Shown: positions 35,102 through 46,100 of the stretch, one piece after another
Numbering within the stretch: position 1 is the stretch's first letter
How the letters are laid out: each line of letters starts with the position of its first letter
DNA from: an uncultured virus (IMG/VR IMGVR_UViG_3300037512_002166)
Taxonomy: Duplodnaviria > Heunggongvirae > Uroviricota > Caudoviricetes
Strand: one strand, 5' to 3'
DNA: 64,000 nt
Virus record (IMG/VR): IMGVR_UViG_3300037512_002166
The notes under the pieces: model-generated
What the model saw: only the letters and a program-made list of their open reading frames with translations
Told to the model about the DNA's origin: nothing
The model's database searches: none
Made by a program: the position numbers and the translations under genes

Positions 35102-36139
35102 ATGGGAATGGAAAATAAAAAGATCGTTGCGCCTGCCGGCGTTGATGTGAAATCCTTTATGGAGGGTGGACTCAGAATCCCCGAGGGCTACAAAGGGGTT
35201 ATTGAGGATGGCGTATTTCGTCTGGTTAAGCAGGAAAGCGAGGACGAGAGGATAAGGAAAGAGTTGATTGAAAAAGTTGGATGTATTATTCCCGAAGAGG
35301 GAGAATATAATGATGATGGGTTTATTTTGCCTGCCTACTACAAAAGAATTGAACGATACCGTGCCTACCTCGAAAAGCAGAAAGAGCAGAAGCCGGTAAA
35401 ACTCAATGATGATACAGAAGTAGGTCTTGACCGCGCATTGCAAATTGTCAAGGCTGCGAAGGGGAACCTGTATGGTTATCAATCGGATGATGGTATTTAT
35501 GAGTGTGACCATGCTATTCAGACATTGGAGCGCATCTTGAAGAACGGAATTGAGCAGAAGCCAGCAGACCTTGAAGTTGAGTCAGAGAGGTTCTTAAAAA
35601 TCCTTTCCGAAACCCCGTACAATAACACACCTATTACAAATGCTCAAGTAGTCGTTAAGGAACTTGTCACATTCTTAAGGTCGCCAGAGAAGTATGACCC
35701 GAATCACATTTCGCAGCAGCCCGCCGAGTGGAGCGAGGAGGATAAAGATATATTGGATAGTTTAATTCGCTTGTATAGTAAAGAATATTGCGGAGAAAAA
35801 TGGCCGTGGAGTAATGGCAACTTTACTTTTGGTGATGTGGTTAATTTCCTCAAATCCCTCCGTCCCCAACCGAAGCCAGAATGGTCGGAAGAAGATGAGA
35901 CTATGTGGTCAAATCTGATTGGGTACCTGGAAGGCAAAGTCGGTATGCTACCCTCCGGAAAAGAAAGATACATCAAATGGCTAAATGAGCGATTCGTGAA
36001 GCTCGTGTATCCGAAGTCAGGCTGGAAGCCCAGCGATGAGCAGATTCGTCCACTTGGGTATGCTATTGATTATTTCAAAAAGAAAAAGAACGACACAACT
36101 TATCTTGAATCGCTTTACAACGACCTCAAAAAGTTATAG
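35102..36139 (+). CDS. Modular EWSEED-repeat protein
   Basis: ESEDERIRK, EQKP, 2x EWSEED, WKPSDEQ, LYNDLKKL. Confidence 0.75.
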   Translation: MGMENKKIVAPAGVDVKSFMEGGLRIPEGYKGVIEDGVFRLVKQESEDERIRKELIEKVGCIIPEEGEYNDDGFILPAYYKRIERYRAYLEKQKEQKPVKLNDDTEVGLDRALQIVKAAKGNLYGYQSDDGIYECDHAIQTLERILKNGIEQKPADLEVESERFLKILSETPYNNTPITNAQVVVKELVTFLRSPEKYDPNHISQQPAEWSEEDKDILDSLIRLYSKEYCGEKWPWSNGNFTFGDVVNFLKSLRPQPKPEWSEEDETMWSNLIGYLEGKVGMLPSGKERYIKWLNERFVKLVYPKSGWKPSDEQIRPLGYAIDYFKKKKNDTTYLESLYNDLKKL

Positions 36140-36141
36140 TT

Positions 36142-36588
36142 ATGGAAGAAAAGGTTAAGTTCGGATTCGGCGTGCGCCAGGAAATATGCGAACCCGAAAC
36201 GTTTGACAGCATAGATGATCTCCTCGCATACGCGCAAGAGTCTTGGAAATCAAAGGACGGGAACCCGTTCGATGACGACTGCGATTATTCCGGTGTTATC
36301 TTCGTTGGTGTGGTTAGGCATTATGCACCCTCCGACTTCGCACCGTCTCTTGACCGTATCGCAGACGCAATGACAGACAGCTTCTATTGCGAGTGCAATA
36401 TTGATGATGATGGAGAAGTTTGCATCAACAAGAGAGAGGAAGCAGATAAGGCTTTGTCTGAGTTTATCAATGAATACTTTGAACTGCCGTGCACTTATGT
36501 TGGATCGTGGTTCGGAGAGTATTCTCTCGTTGATCGCAAATGGATTGAAAAGGGATCGGGGTTCGACAAATATGTAAAAAGCGAGTGA
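36142..36588 (+). CDS. Acidic hypothetical protein
   Basis: ORF in operon. Confidence 0.7.
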   Translation: MEEKVKFGFGVRQEICEPETFDSIDDLLAYAQESWKSKDGNPFDDDCDYSGVIFVGVVRHYAPSDFAPSLDRIADAMTDSFYCECNIDDDGEVCINKREEADKALSEFINEYFELPCTYVGSWFGEYSLVDRKWIEKGSGFDKYVKSE

Positions 36589-36589
36589 G

Positions 36590-37102
36590 ATGAAACGAGT
36601 ATACCAAAGAATAAACTCACCGGTCACTGGCGACTGCTTTAAGTGCTGTTTGTGCTCCCTTTTAGAGCTGGATTATGACGAGGTCCCTAATTTTTCCGAG
36701 CTGTATGGTTCCGGGGATTGGTTCGTGGAGGCGTATAATTTTCTCGCAAGGAATGGGTATGAATATTCCGCCGATTCTCTGTGGAACCCAAATGTTCCTT
36801 TCCTTGAGAATCCTACCGAATCATGCTTCGCTGATAAGAAGATAGATAGGGAACATTCGCTTCTCGCGCTTAAACCGGAGGATGGTATAGATGGATTGTT
36901 CCTGGCCGGAGTGTATTCACCGAAATACACCAACCCAAACGAACATCCCATGAACCATCTTCACGCGGTTTTGTGTGACGAACATTTCAATATAGTCTTC
37001 GACCCGCAGAAAGATTACGAAGGAATCCTCCACTATCCTTACGCGAATATCATCGGCTTCAACGGGATCCGCGTTATTGAAACGCTAAGGAGAATCAAGT
37101 AG
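36590..37102 (+). CDS. Hypothetical protein, possible papain-like fold
   Basis: Q..GDCF..HAV..FDP pattern. Confidence 0.6.
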   Translation: MKRVYQRINSPVTGDCFKCCLCSLLELDYDEVPNFSELYGSGDWFVEAYNFLARNGYEYSADSLWNPNVPFLENPTESCFADKKIDREHSLLALKPEDGIDGLFLAGVYSPKYTNPNEHPMNHLHAVLCDEHFNIVFDPQKDYEGILHYPYANIIGFNGIRVIETLRRIK

Positions 37103-37110
37103 CGAATAGT

Positions 37111-37449
37111 ATGATGAGACTTATTTGGCACCACAACACCTGGCCCTGGGGCAAGACGGTCCGAATCGTCACGTCCGATGGTAGCGCCATCGTGGAAATG
37201 TCCTTCGAGGACATCAACCCCGGTGTGTGCTACCTGTCGGGCCTGTCCGTCATTCCGCCGAAGCGAAGGAAGGGCATCGCGAAGCTTCTCATGTTCGCAT
37301 GCGAATCATACTGCCGGGAGAATGGCATCTTCCGGATCGACCTCAATTCCGTCCTCACCGATTGGGTGCAGGAATTCTACAAGAAATGCGGCTATGCGCC
37401 CATCAAAGAGGAGAATGGATTCATGCAGATGTATAAGATTATCAAGTAG
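37111..37449 (+). CDS. GNAT acetyltransferase
   Basis: RRKGIAKLL, FYKKCGY. Confidence 0.85.
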   Translation: MMRLIWHHNTWPWGKTVRIVTSDGSAIVEMSFEDINPGVCYLSGLSVIPPKRRKGIAKLLMFACESYCRENGIFRIDLNSVLTDWVQEFYKKCGYAPIKEENGFMQMYKIIK

Positions 37450-37485
37450 TTGCAATATGTTGATGCAAAAAATATGTAGTAAGAT

Positions 37486-37902
37486 ATGAAAGCAGACGAA
37501 TTGATGCTTGGCAATATCATCCAGTACGAGTACGAGGGAGAGCGATTCGTAGCCCGCGTGAAGGAAATCCACAAGGACTCTGTTCTCGTGGAGGAAGTTA
37601 ATGGAAAGTATGAGGAGATCGAGATACCGATGCGGGACATCCATCCAATTACTCTTAATCCGGGATTTTTTTGCAAAAACGGATTCCAAGGAAAATACTC
37701 ACTCTGGGACGGGATGATGTATGTAATGCTCTATATACCAGCAAATTTTGCTGACACGCATGATACCGTGGTTGAATATGATGGTGAAAACATTTTTGTC
37801 GACCATAGGGGCGTCTCAAAATTCTGTGGACATATCAGTTATGTTCATGAGCTGCAGAACGCTTTTAAGCAATGTAAAATCGCAAGGGAGATAGTAATAT
37901 GA
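37486..37902 (+). CDS. YopX-like phage protein
   Basis: ELMLGN..PITL..YVHELQN. Confidence 0.6.
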   Translation: MKADELMLGNIIQYEYEGERFVARVKEIHKDSVLVEEVNGKYEEIEIPMRDIHPITLNPGFFCKNGFQGKYSLWDGMMYVMLYIPANFADTHDTVVEYDGENIFVDHRGVSKFCGHISYVHELQNAFKQCKIAREIVI

Positions 37903-38343
37903 ACGGGCCGCTAAGACCAATTAAGCCAGGAGAGGAATTCTACCTGCATCACGAAAAGACTCATTGTGTCGGTGTTGTAACAACCGGAGACGAGCCAGTA
38001 CACGTCTTCTGGGAGTGGGCAAAGCACAGGAAGCGTCGTATGTATCGAGCGGTCCCGGAATGGCAGCTCGAAGTTCAATGGGAATTCATGAAGAAAAATG
38101 GATAGAGTTATGAAACACATTGACGCAGAAAATCTTTCCGACTATGAATGTAGAAAAACTTATTGAGAGCCTTAAAAGAATGCCTCAAGATGCAGAGGTG
38201 GCAACTGCGGGGGCGGTAGGACTTACAAGCATCATCAACGTCATATCCTACACATTTCATTCAACGGTACTCGGTGATGCGAAAATGGTTATTTTAGAAA
38301 ATGGGGCATATATCACCAGGCTTCCAGAACAGGAGGAAACGAA

Positions 38344-38799
38344 ATGAAATACATTGACGCAGAAAAACTGATTGCCGAGATAGATAATATTATCGAAATG
38401 GCGGTAGAAAGGTGGGATAATGAGCAAGTAACTGGAGTCAAGAAACTCCGCGATTTGCTTGACGCTAAAATCGCCTCTCTCCAGCAGGAGCAGCCGGAAT
38501 TTCCAAATGGTAAATTTGTCTTTCCAAAATACCTATATGCGAGAACAAAAGACAACAAGACCATTGATATGTCTTATGCTCCGCAAGATATGACCGCAGT
38601 AGAATATATCCGTAACGACTTTGTTGAGCAGGAGCAGCCGGAGGTGGAGTTGAAAGAATACCTCTCTGCAAAATTGTTTTCTCTTGGGGCCGACCTCATC
38701 AGACATAAGCCGTGTTCGTTCAATAGGGGCTTGAATGTCGGTATGACAAAAGCCTACGATGATATTCTTAAAAAGATTAACACAAGAAAGGAGGAATAA
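38344..38799 (+). CDS. Modular hypothetical protein (MKYIDAEKL, QEQPE)
   Basis: ORF; repeated QEQPE junctions. Confidence 0.65.
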   Translation: MKYIDAEKLIAEIDNIIEMAVERWDNEQVTGVKKLRDLLDAKIASLQQEQPEFPNGKFVFPKYLYARTKDNKTIDMSYAPQDMTAVEYIRNDFVEQEQPEVELKEYLSAKLFSLGADLIRHKPCSFNRGLNVGMTKAYDDILKKINTRKEE

Positions 38800-38997
38800 A
38801 ATATGCCAGAAGATATTAAAAATGTTATTGACAGACTGAAAGACGACATCGCTACTATTGAAAAGTGGGACAGGTCGTATTGGAACAAGAGTCTCGGAAC
38901 AAGCCATTTGAAATCAATGGCCACAATGTTAACAAACGATGCTAACACTATTGCTGCATATCTAAAGAACTTTTAACGCAAGAAAGGAGGAATAGAT

Positions 38998-39546
38998 ATG
39001 AAGAAGATAATGTTCAATGACAGGTGTGGTCTGACGCAGGCCGTGCTTGAAGGCCAGAAGACCATGACGCGGCGCATTGCGGAGAAGGAACTCGTCGAGG
39101 ACGAGAACTGCGAGCTGCGCTGGAACGGAAAGTTCAGGCCTGCGAGATTCAAGGTTGGCGAGGTGGTAGCTGTGGCCCAAAGATACTGCGACATATACAA
39201 GGGCGCTATGGTGAGTTATCAAGACGAATCTACTTGGGATATTCCAATGTTCCACCCGGGTTGGAATAATAAAATGTTCGTCCAGGCAGACCTTATGCCG
39301 CACCATATTCGCATAACCGATGTTCGTGTAGAGCGGCTGCGAGACATTAACAGCGAAGATTGCTTAAAGGAGGGGATTGAGGCACGCATCGTAGGTTGCC
39401 ATACCTTCTACTTCGCTCCCGGGATAGATTGGCCCTTCGATTTCCCCAAGCCCGCCTTTGCCGCCCTCATTAAACGCATATCCGGCAAAGGAACATGGGA
39501 ATCCAACCCCTGGGTGTATGTGTACACATTTGAATTGGTGAAGTGA
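38998..39546 (+). CDS. ASCH/PUA-like domain protein
   Basis: G.KTMTRR, VERL.DI..EG, W..NPWV..YTF. Confidence 0.75.
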   Translation: MKKIMFNDRCGLTQAVLEGQKTMTRRIAEKELVEDENCELRWNGKFRPARFKVGEVVAVAQRYCDIYKGAMVSYQDESTWDIPMFHPGWNNKMFVQADLMPHHIRITDVRVERLRDINSEDCLKEGIEARIVGCHTFYFAPGIDWPFDFPKPAFAALIKRISGKGTWESNPWVYVYTFELVK

Positions 39547-39638
39547 TATGAAAAAAAGAGCAGGCTTTCGCCCACTCCTAAGAACAAATGTGCTTGGCCA
39601 GAATCAGTGTTCGGAACAAAGATACAAAAAAAAGCGAT

Positions 39639-40031
39639 ATGACAAAAGAACAAGCAATCCAGGAACTATGTTCAATTAGCGTTCCGTCTGGAGATTTTGC
39701 ATTGATTACAGAGAATACAATCGAGGCTCTCTCTGTGGCGATCGATGCGCTTCGTGAGCCATCTCTCCCGGAAGGCCTGGATGAAGCGTCGAAAGAATTT
39801 GCCAAGAACTGGTATGGCAGGAAGAATGGGTTCATTCCCGACACGTGTCGCGGGTGCTACGCTCACATACAGGCTGCGGTCGAGTTCGGAGCTAAATGGC
39901 AGGCCTCGCAAGGGCACACCATCAATGCTGTCGTGAATGTTGATGGTTTCTATCGGCGTTTTATACAGCCGGATGGAGAGTTTCCGTTTGAGTATGGAGA
40001 CAAGTTGGTTGTTCAGATTCGTAAAAGGTAA
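39639..40031 (+). CDS. Hypothetical protein
   Basis: EPSLPEGLDEA..GAKW. Confidence 0.6.
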   Translation: MTKEQAIQELCSISVPSGDFALITENTIEALSVAIDALREPSLPEGLDEASKEFAKNWYGRKNGFIPDTCRGCYAHIQAAVEFGAKWQASQGHTINAVVNVDGFYRRFIQPDGEFPFEYGDKLVVQIRKR

Positions 40032-40034
40032 GAT

Positions 40035-40313
40035 ATGGTAATAAGAGACCTGGATGGAGAGGGAAATTCCCTCACGGTTTTTCGGCAGAATGACGGAGAT
40101 ATTATAGTCTCCATTAGACACGACGGGAAATCCTACAAGGACACCATGATTTTAGGTGTTCGTGTGGGAAGCGTTGGTAGTGGTCACTCTATCCCGCCGA
40201 AGATATTCAGCCTCCTCGATCAACTGGCCACGGAGTTTGAAAAGTACAAAGACTGCAGGAATGAAAATGACGCATACGACGCGTATGCAAGAGAATCTTC
40301 AAAAATCCAATAA
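40035..40313 (+). CDS. Hypothetical protein
   Basis: ORF in operon. Confidence 0.6.
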   Translation: MVIRDLDGEGNSLTVFRQNDGDIIVSIRHDGKSYKDTMILGVRVGSVGSGHSIPPKIFSLLDQLATEFEKYKDCRNENDAYDAYARESSKIQ

Positions 40314-40315
40314 CA

Positions 40316-41086
40316 ATGAATGCTATTATTGACATTGTCTGCATCGTGGCCCTCATGGCCATTGCAGCGTTTTTCGGATGGTCCGCGAGGAAGTGTGCGG
40401 ACGAGAACAAGATCCGGCGAGTCATCGCAAGGATCAAAAAGAGGGTCGACGACAGGATGACCGGCAATCTTGCCGCCGAGGAAAGGTGCAAGACGGCACA
40501 TTTCGGCGCGGCAGCCAAAGAGGATCTGGACATCCTTTCCATCCTCGATAGATTCGAGGCTGAATGCGGTCGCGATGAGTGTATCGTGATCGAGCCATCA
40601 AAGGATGGTGATGCCTGGTGCTATCTGCTCGGGCGGGATCTTCAGCGCGGCATCGTCGGTTTCGGCGGATCTCCGGCCGACGCCAAGAAAGAATTCTTCG
40701 CAAACCTCGCACTCGCCCTTGACAAGATCGAGCGATATGACAACCTCGTGCGCCTTCGTAGCTACACGGAGAAGCTCGGGTCCTTCAAGGTCGATGGCCT
40801 CAGGACCATTCCGGAAATCGTCGAGGCCTGGGGCAAGCAGCATGCGCTATACAGCAACCCGCTCCTCAATCGCGATAAGATCGAGGCATACAGCCAGGGC
40901 GTCCAGCGCGGCATCGAGTGGATTCTGTCCCAGGGGTTCAAGATGAGCGCCACATTTCGCAAGAGTAGAAGGATTGGCGTCGACTGCGCGTGGATCGACT
41001 TTGACGACAAAGCCGCCTCGAAGGCAATCGCGAGCGGAATGTTCGATGATGGGGAAAGGATAATCGTTCAAATCAGAAAGGCATGA
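40316..41086 (+). CDS. Membrane-anchored hypothetical protein
   Basis: N-terminal TM. Confidence 0.65.
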   Translation: MNAIIDIVCIVALMAIAAFFGWSARKCADENKIRRVIARIKKRVDDRMTGNLAAEERCKTAHFGAAAKEDLDILSILDRFEAECGRDECIVIEPSKDGDAWCYLLGRDLQRGIVGFGGSPADAKKEFFANLALALDKIERYDNLVRLRSYTEKLGSFKVDGLRTIPEIVEAWGKQHALYSNPLLNRDKIEAYSQGVQRGIEWILSQGFKMSATFRKSRRIGVDCAWIDFDDKAASKAIASGMFDDGERIIVQIRKA

Positions 41087-41313
41087 ATACGATTATCAAG
41101 ATGGTTCTATGGCTGTATATTCTGCCGGCGCTGATACTCGTTGCAGATATTGTTGTCCGGATAATAAAGGACCCAAGATCCTTTCGCGCAGACAGGTTCT
41201 TCAGTGGCATTATAGCATGCTTCGTTCCGTTCTTCAACATATTCCCGGCGGCGCTTATCGTGCTTGATTTCATACACGACTCATTGGAGAAATTACTTCA
41301 CAATAAAATATGA
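41083..41313 (+). CDS. Small membrane protein
   Basis: Two hydrophobic segments. Confidence 0.55.
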   Translation: MNTIIKMVLWLYILPALILVADIVVRIIKDPRSFRADRFFSGIIACFVPFFNIFPAALIVLDFIHDSLEKLLHNKI

Positions 41314-41882
41314 GCAAGACAGACAGTTTACATTATCAGCTTTGCCTAGAGGGCGCCAAGTGGCTCCATCGGAACAAGCGCGGAACGGATGCGTGGAAAA
41401 AGTGCCCGCTGAAGCCGTGCCACAAGCCGGAGTTCTGCCGGGTCTGCCGCCCGTATCTCTATGTGGCCGTCGAGCTCTGCACCTGGGGCTCCGAGAACAC
41501 AGACGTTTGGGGGCTTGGCGCCTTCGGAGATAGCGCCGTGATCGAAGTTAAGACCTCTCACGCCGACTTTGTCGCAGACCGGAAGAAATGGTGCCGGAGC
41601 GATACTGCAACGGATGAGGGTTATGCTGCCGGACGCCTCCGCTGGTATCTATGCCCGGAAGGAGTGATCAAGCCGGAGGAGCTACCGGAAAAGTGGGGAC
41701 TCCTTTATTGGAACGGGAAGAAGGTAATCCCAATCATAGCCCCGACTCCATTCAAGAATACGGGGCGAGGTGACATAGCAATTCTTATGAGCCTTCTCCG
41801 CCGGGAGGACTTCCCGAAGAAGGTTTTCAACTATCGCGGCGCACCGACGACCATTCATCCAAAAACTACCGGAAATGAATAA
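41310..41882 (+). CDS. PD-(D/E)XK (MmcB-like) nuclease
   Basis: TDVWG..IEVKTSHADF.AD.KK. Confidence 0.7.
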   Translation: MSKTDSLHYQLCLEGAKWLHRNKRGTDAWKKCPLKPCHKPEFCRVCRPYLYVAVELCTWGSENTDVWGLGAFGDSAVIEVKTSHADFVADRKKWCRSDTATDEGYAAGRLRWYLCPEGVIKPEELPEKWGLLYWNGKKVIPIIAPTPFKNTGRGDIAILMSLLRREDFPKKVFNYRGAPTTIHPKTTGNE

Positions 41883-42030
41883 CGAAAAAGACGAAGATGT
41901 TATCATTATCCACCTTGGGCGCGTTCTGAGCGAAGAGCAGTTTAGCGAGGTGGAGAAATCGATAGTCGCATTTATGAACAAGAGATGGCCAGACCTGCAA
42001 CCAAATAGATTCAGCAACTAAACAACGATC

Positions 42031-42279
42031 ATGAATAAGAAGAAAAAACTTGCGCCGGAGGACGTGTATCACGCGGACGAGGCATACCGGAACGGCCAGC
42101 GCGCCGGTTATGAGAAGGCGAAAAAAGAGCTGGAGATTTCCTGGGAGGATGTCCAATGGATCGACGACACCATCATCGATCTCGCCCAGACCGACCTTCC
42201 CAGGCAAGGAAAGGAGGCGTTCTATTCCGAAGTGCTTAAGAGATTCAAGGAGAAAAAGAATGGGACCAGTAGAAACTAA
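42031..42279 (+). CDS. Hypothetical protein
   Basis: ORF with A-rich leader. Confidence 0.6.
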   Translation: MNKKKKLAPEDVYHADEAYRNGQRAGYEKAKKELEISWEDVQWIDDTIIDLAQTDLPRQGKEAFYSEVLKRFKEKKNGTSRN

Positions 42280-42610
42280 AGTCAAGCTCTTTGCGTCGCC
42301 GGACAGGAGGGAGGTCCTCTATGCCAGATTCGACACGAGACTGGTTGGCGCCGGCGAAGGAGATCCGAAGAGGGCAAAGCACGTGGTCTACAAAGACCCG
42401 AACGGCGAATGCTACGTGCATTACGTCCACTATCTCGTCCCGGAAAGCATTCCGCCAACGGACGAGCCTGGCTTCCATGTTTCCGAGCGCGTGTTCTTCG
42501 GGAAATGGCGCATTGTCGAGGAGTCCGAGGCGCACATCCCAGAGACATGGATAACCATCGGCGACACCGTCAACAAGATGGAGTCGATCCGGAGAATGAC
42601 TGGGCGATGA
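42260..42610 (+). CDS. Hypothetical protein
   Basis: Overlapping start. Confidence 0.55.
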   Translation: MGPVETKVKLFASPDRREVLYARFDTRLVGAGEGDPKRAKHVVYKDPNGECYVHYVHYLVPESIPPTDEPGFHVSERVFFGKWRIVEESEAHIPETWITIGDTVNKMESIRRMTGR

Positions 42611-42813
42611 GGCAGTCGTACGCAATCCGGAAGGCAAAAGCCCTCCACCAGCATTGGACCAACAAGCGCGGCAAGCTCGTTCCGAAGGTGGCCTACAAGA
42701 CGCTCGACGAGGCCCTGGCCTTCATGGACAAGAACCACGTCAACAAGAACAAGTACCACCCGTACGTCTGCCCGGACTGCGGAATGTGGCATATCGGGCA
42801 TCACAAGAGATAG
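42607..42813 (+). CDS. Small Zn-finger protein
   Basis: YVCPDCGMWHIGH. Confidence 0.7.
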   Translation: MRQSYAIRKAKALHQHWTNKRGKLVPKVAYKTLDEALAFMDKNHVNKNKYHPYVCPDCGMWHIGHHKR

Positions 42814-42817
42814 CACT

Positions 42818-43105
42818 ATGATCGAAAGAATTGAACAAGTCGTCGCCGACCATTTCGGCATCACGGTCGACCAGATGAAGACGGGCAAGAGCCGGTCCGA
42901 GCTGGACGCCCGGCACTTCCTCTGGTATTTCCTCCACTTCATCTACGGATACAGCGGACAAGACGTCGCTAATCGCTACGGCACAACGCGCCGCGTGATC
43001 CTGCACTACTCGGCCCTTGTCCGGGACCGCCTGGGCCGCGAGCCGTTCTTCTCGAAGAACTGCAGCGAGATCCAGGGCAAACTGAAGGAAATCGAGGCCC
43101 TGTAA
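42818..43105 (+). CDS. DnaA C-terminal-like HTH protein
   Basis: VADHFGIT..DARHFLWY. Confidence 0.7.
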   Translation: MIERIEQVVADHFGITVDQMKTGKSRSELDARHFLWYFLHFIYGYSGQDVANRYGTTRRVILHYSALVRDRLGREPFFSKNCSEIQGKLKEIEAL

Positions 43106-43139
43106 GAAATAGGGAGGGTTCATCGCCCTCCCTATTTCT
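43105..43139. terminator. Bidirectional terminator
   Basis: 14-bp perfect stem AGAAATAGGGAGGG/CCCTCCCTATTTCT between convergent genes. Confidence 0.85.
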
Positions 43140-46100
43140 ATGCCATCTCGGTGATGACCTTCAGCGCTCCGGCGCCCTTCGGGTGGCCGCCCGGATAGTA
43201 CACCGCCGATGCGATCCTCGCGATGTCGGCCAGGTACCGCGTCTGGGACTTCAGCTGGGTGAGAATCGTGTTCTCCCCCTCACCTGTCAGCGCGGTCTCG
43301 ATGTTCGTCACCTTGGCATTCGTATCCGAGACGTTGTAGCTAGTCGTATTGAGGATGGACTCGACGGCGGAGGCCGTCTGTTCCGTCACCGTCTGCACGC
43401 CCCGCTGGAGCGTATTCTCGGAGACGGAACCAGAGGAAACCCCAAGCCGGCGAGCCTCGCCCTCAAGCTGGCGATTCCAGTCGTACAGCATCTCCTTGTA
43501 GGACCGGATGGTCTCTGCCTCCATGTCGGAGATTCGTCCGTCCGCAAGGGCCTTTTTTATCGCATTCTGGACCTCTTCGATATGGTCTCCCATCACGGAA
43601 CTCCAAAGCTGGCCGACAATGATGTCATCATACAGCTTCTCGAAGTCGTCACGCAGGGACTTCAGCCCGTTGCCGGTCTCCTTGAAGGCGGACAGCCAAT
43701 CAGAGGACCAGCTCTTCGCCGTGCCCTGGGAGTCGGTAGACAGGCCGAGCATCTCATAGAACTCGTCCTTCAGCTCGACAAGCTTGTCCTTGACCTCGGA
43801 AAGCTGCTCGGACAGCTCCTCGGTCTCCTTCTTGACCTCATCGGTCTGCTTCCGCTGGCCGTTGGCCGCAATAGCCTCTTCCAGCTCTTTCCGTTGTTTG
43901 ATGAGGTTGGCGTTCATCTCCGCGAAGGAGGAGCGCAGCCGCGAGACGTTGATGGCCTTGTCCATCGCCTTCTGGAGCCGGTCGTAGGCCTTCTCCAGCT
44001 TCTCGACGACATCCTTGTGCTCCTCGACCTGCTTCTTCAGCCGGTTCTCCTTGATCGTGATGGCGGCGATGATGGAGCCGACAACGGCGAAGGCGGCGAT
44101 GAGCGGGCCGATGAACGGGGTCAGCGTGGCGATGAGCTTCTCTCCGGTCTTCAGCGTGATGGTCTCCATGGTGTTATATGCAGCCATGGCGGCCGTAGCC
44201 AGAGAGATGGCCTGGCCTACAAGCTTGAAGCCCTTCGTGAAGCCTTCGATTCCGTCCTTTACATCGTCTGAGATCGGAAGGCCGAAAGCCTCCGCCATGT
44301 CCTCCACCAGTTTAATGGTGTCGTCGATGGTATTGCCGACCTGACTGTACGCGCTCTCGATCTGCTGCATGCGGGCGGTCGAGTTCTTAACGGCCTTGTT
44401 GGCGCGCGTCTGGGCGGAGTTGAAGTTGTTCGTCGCGTCGGTGAGATTCTGCTCGGCGATGGCGGATTCCTGGACCGCTGCGGTCATCTCGATGAAGTTC
44501 TCGTCGGTCTGTTCGGCCGCATACGCCGCCCGGGCCTCACGCTCGCGGTTCAGGGCCTCGAAGTATTCCTTCTGCGCCTCGGCGACCTTGCCGGACAGCT
44601 CGGGCAGATCCTTCAGCGCGGAGCGCGCCTCGCCGATCTCGCGCAGACCGGTGGCAATAGCCTCGAAGAAGCTGGAAACCTCGTTGTTTCCGGCCTGGTC
44701 CTCGATACGCTTGATGTTCTTCACGATCGCCTGGATCTCGGTCGGGTTCAGCGCGCCTTCCGGCAGCTGGAGCCAGTATTCGAGATTGGCCTTCAGTGAG
44801 GCGAGCAGCTCGTCGGACATGCCGGACAGGTCGCCGAACGCCAGGGCGTAAGCCTCGGTGCTCTTATAGGCGTCCCATTGGGCATCGGCGATGTCGCGCG
44901 TAGACTTGGCGATCTGGTTGTTGATGGCCACCGTCTTCTCCTCCTCGTTGTCCCAGGTCCGGATCTTGGAGACGTTCTCTATCATCTCCTTGTAGGCCTG
45001 CTCGATCTTGTCGAGAGACTTGGTGTTCGCATCGTACATGATCTTCGCGACCTCCTCCTGCTCCGTGCGGGCAATCTGGACGCGCTTCTCGGCGATGTCA
45101 TTCGCCAGCTTCACCGCCTCGTCTCCAAGGCCGGAATCGCGCAGGTACTTCTCGAGGGCCTTGATCTCGTCCATCACCTCGGACGTGGTACCCTCGGTCG
45201 GCGAGAGGCCCCAATCCTGCATCTTCTTGCTGTTGTCATAGCGGTCCCAGAGATCGGAGACCAGGTCTGAATAGGCCTTCAGCTTATCCTCGGCCTTGTC
45301 GGTGATGAGGTTCAGCTCGATGTCGATGCGATCCTTCGTCTCCAGCTTGCTCTTGTACTTCTCGATGAGGGCCATAATCTGCTCGTCGGTGGCCTTGAAG
45401 TCGTCTCCGAGGCTGATGCTGACCTTCTTCCCGAGGGCGGCCAGCTTCTCCAGGTACTTGACGTCACCCTCGTCAGAGAGCTTGTCGAGCTCCTTGCGGG
45501 CGTTGCGCAGGGCGGTGAGGAAGGTGTTCAGGTCGGTCTTGTAAGAGCTGGCACCATTCTTCTCTGTCTTAACATCCTCGGTCGCGCCAAGTTCGGTGCG
45601 AAGCTCCTTGAGCATGTTGATGTACGTCTGGAGCTCTTCCTTGGAGCCGAACTGATGGAGCAGCTCGACCATGCGCGGGGCTGCGCCGGTCGTCTTCCCC
45701 TGCTTGATCAGCTCCTGGAGCTTGACCCACTCCTCGGCGGCTCCGATGGCCTGCTCGAGTTCCTTGTCGATATTCCCGATGTAGTCGGAGACGGTCTGGC
45801 CGGTCTCGTACTTGAGAATACCCTCGCCGATGACGGAGGTTCCGACCTTGCCGAACTTCTTCGCCACGCGGTCCTGCACGTCACGGATAGCCTTCTCGAC
45901 GTCACCGCCCTCGTTGGCGGCCGCCTTGAACGCATTCTCGAGCGCCGTATTCAGCTCGTCCTTCATGAAGTCCTCAATGTCACCCAGGGCGCCGTTGTCG
46001 ATCTGTTTCTTGATGCCATCGCGGACACCCTTCAGATACTCGATGAAGTCCTTCTCCTTGAGCGCCGGATTGAACGAGTACTCTTCCTTTTTGTTGTTCT

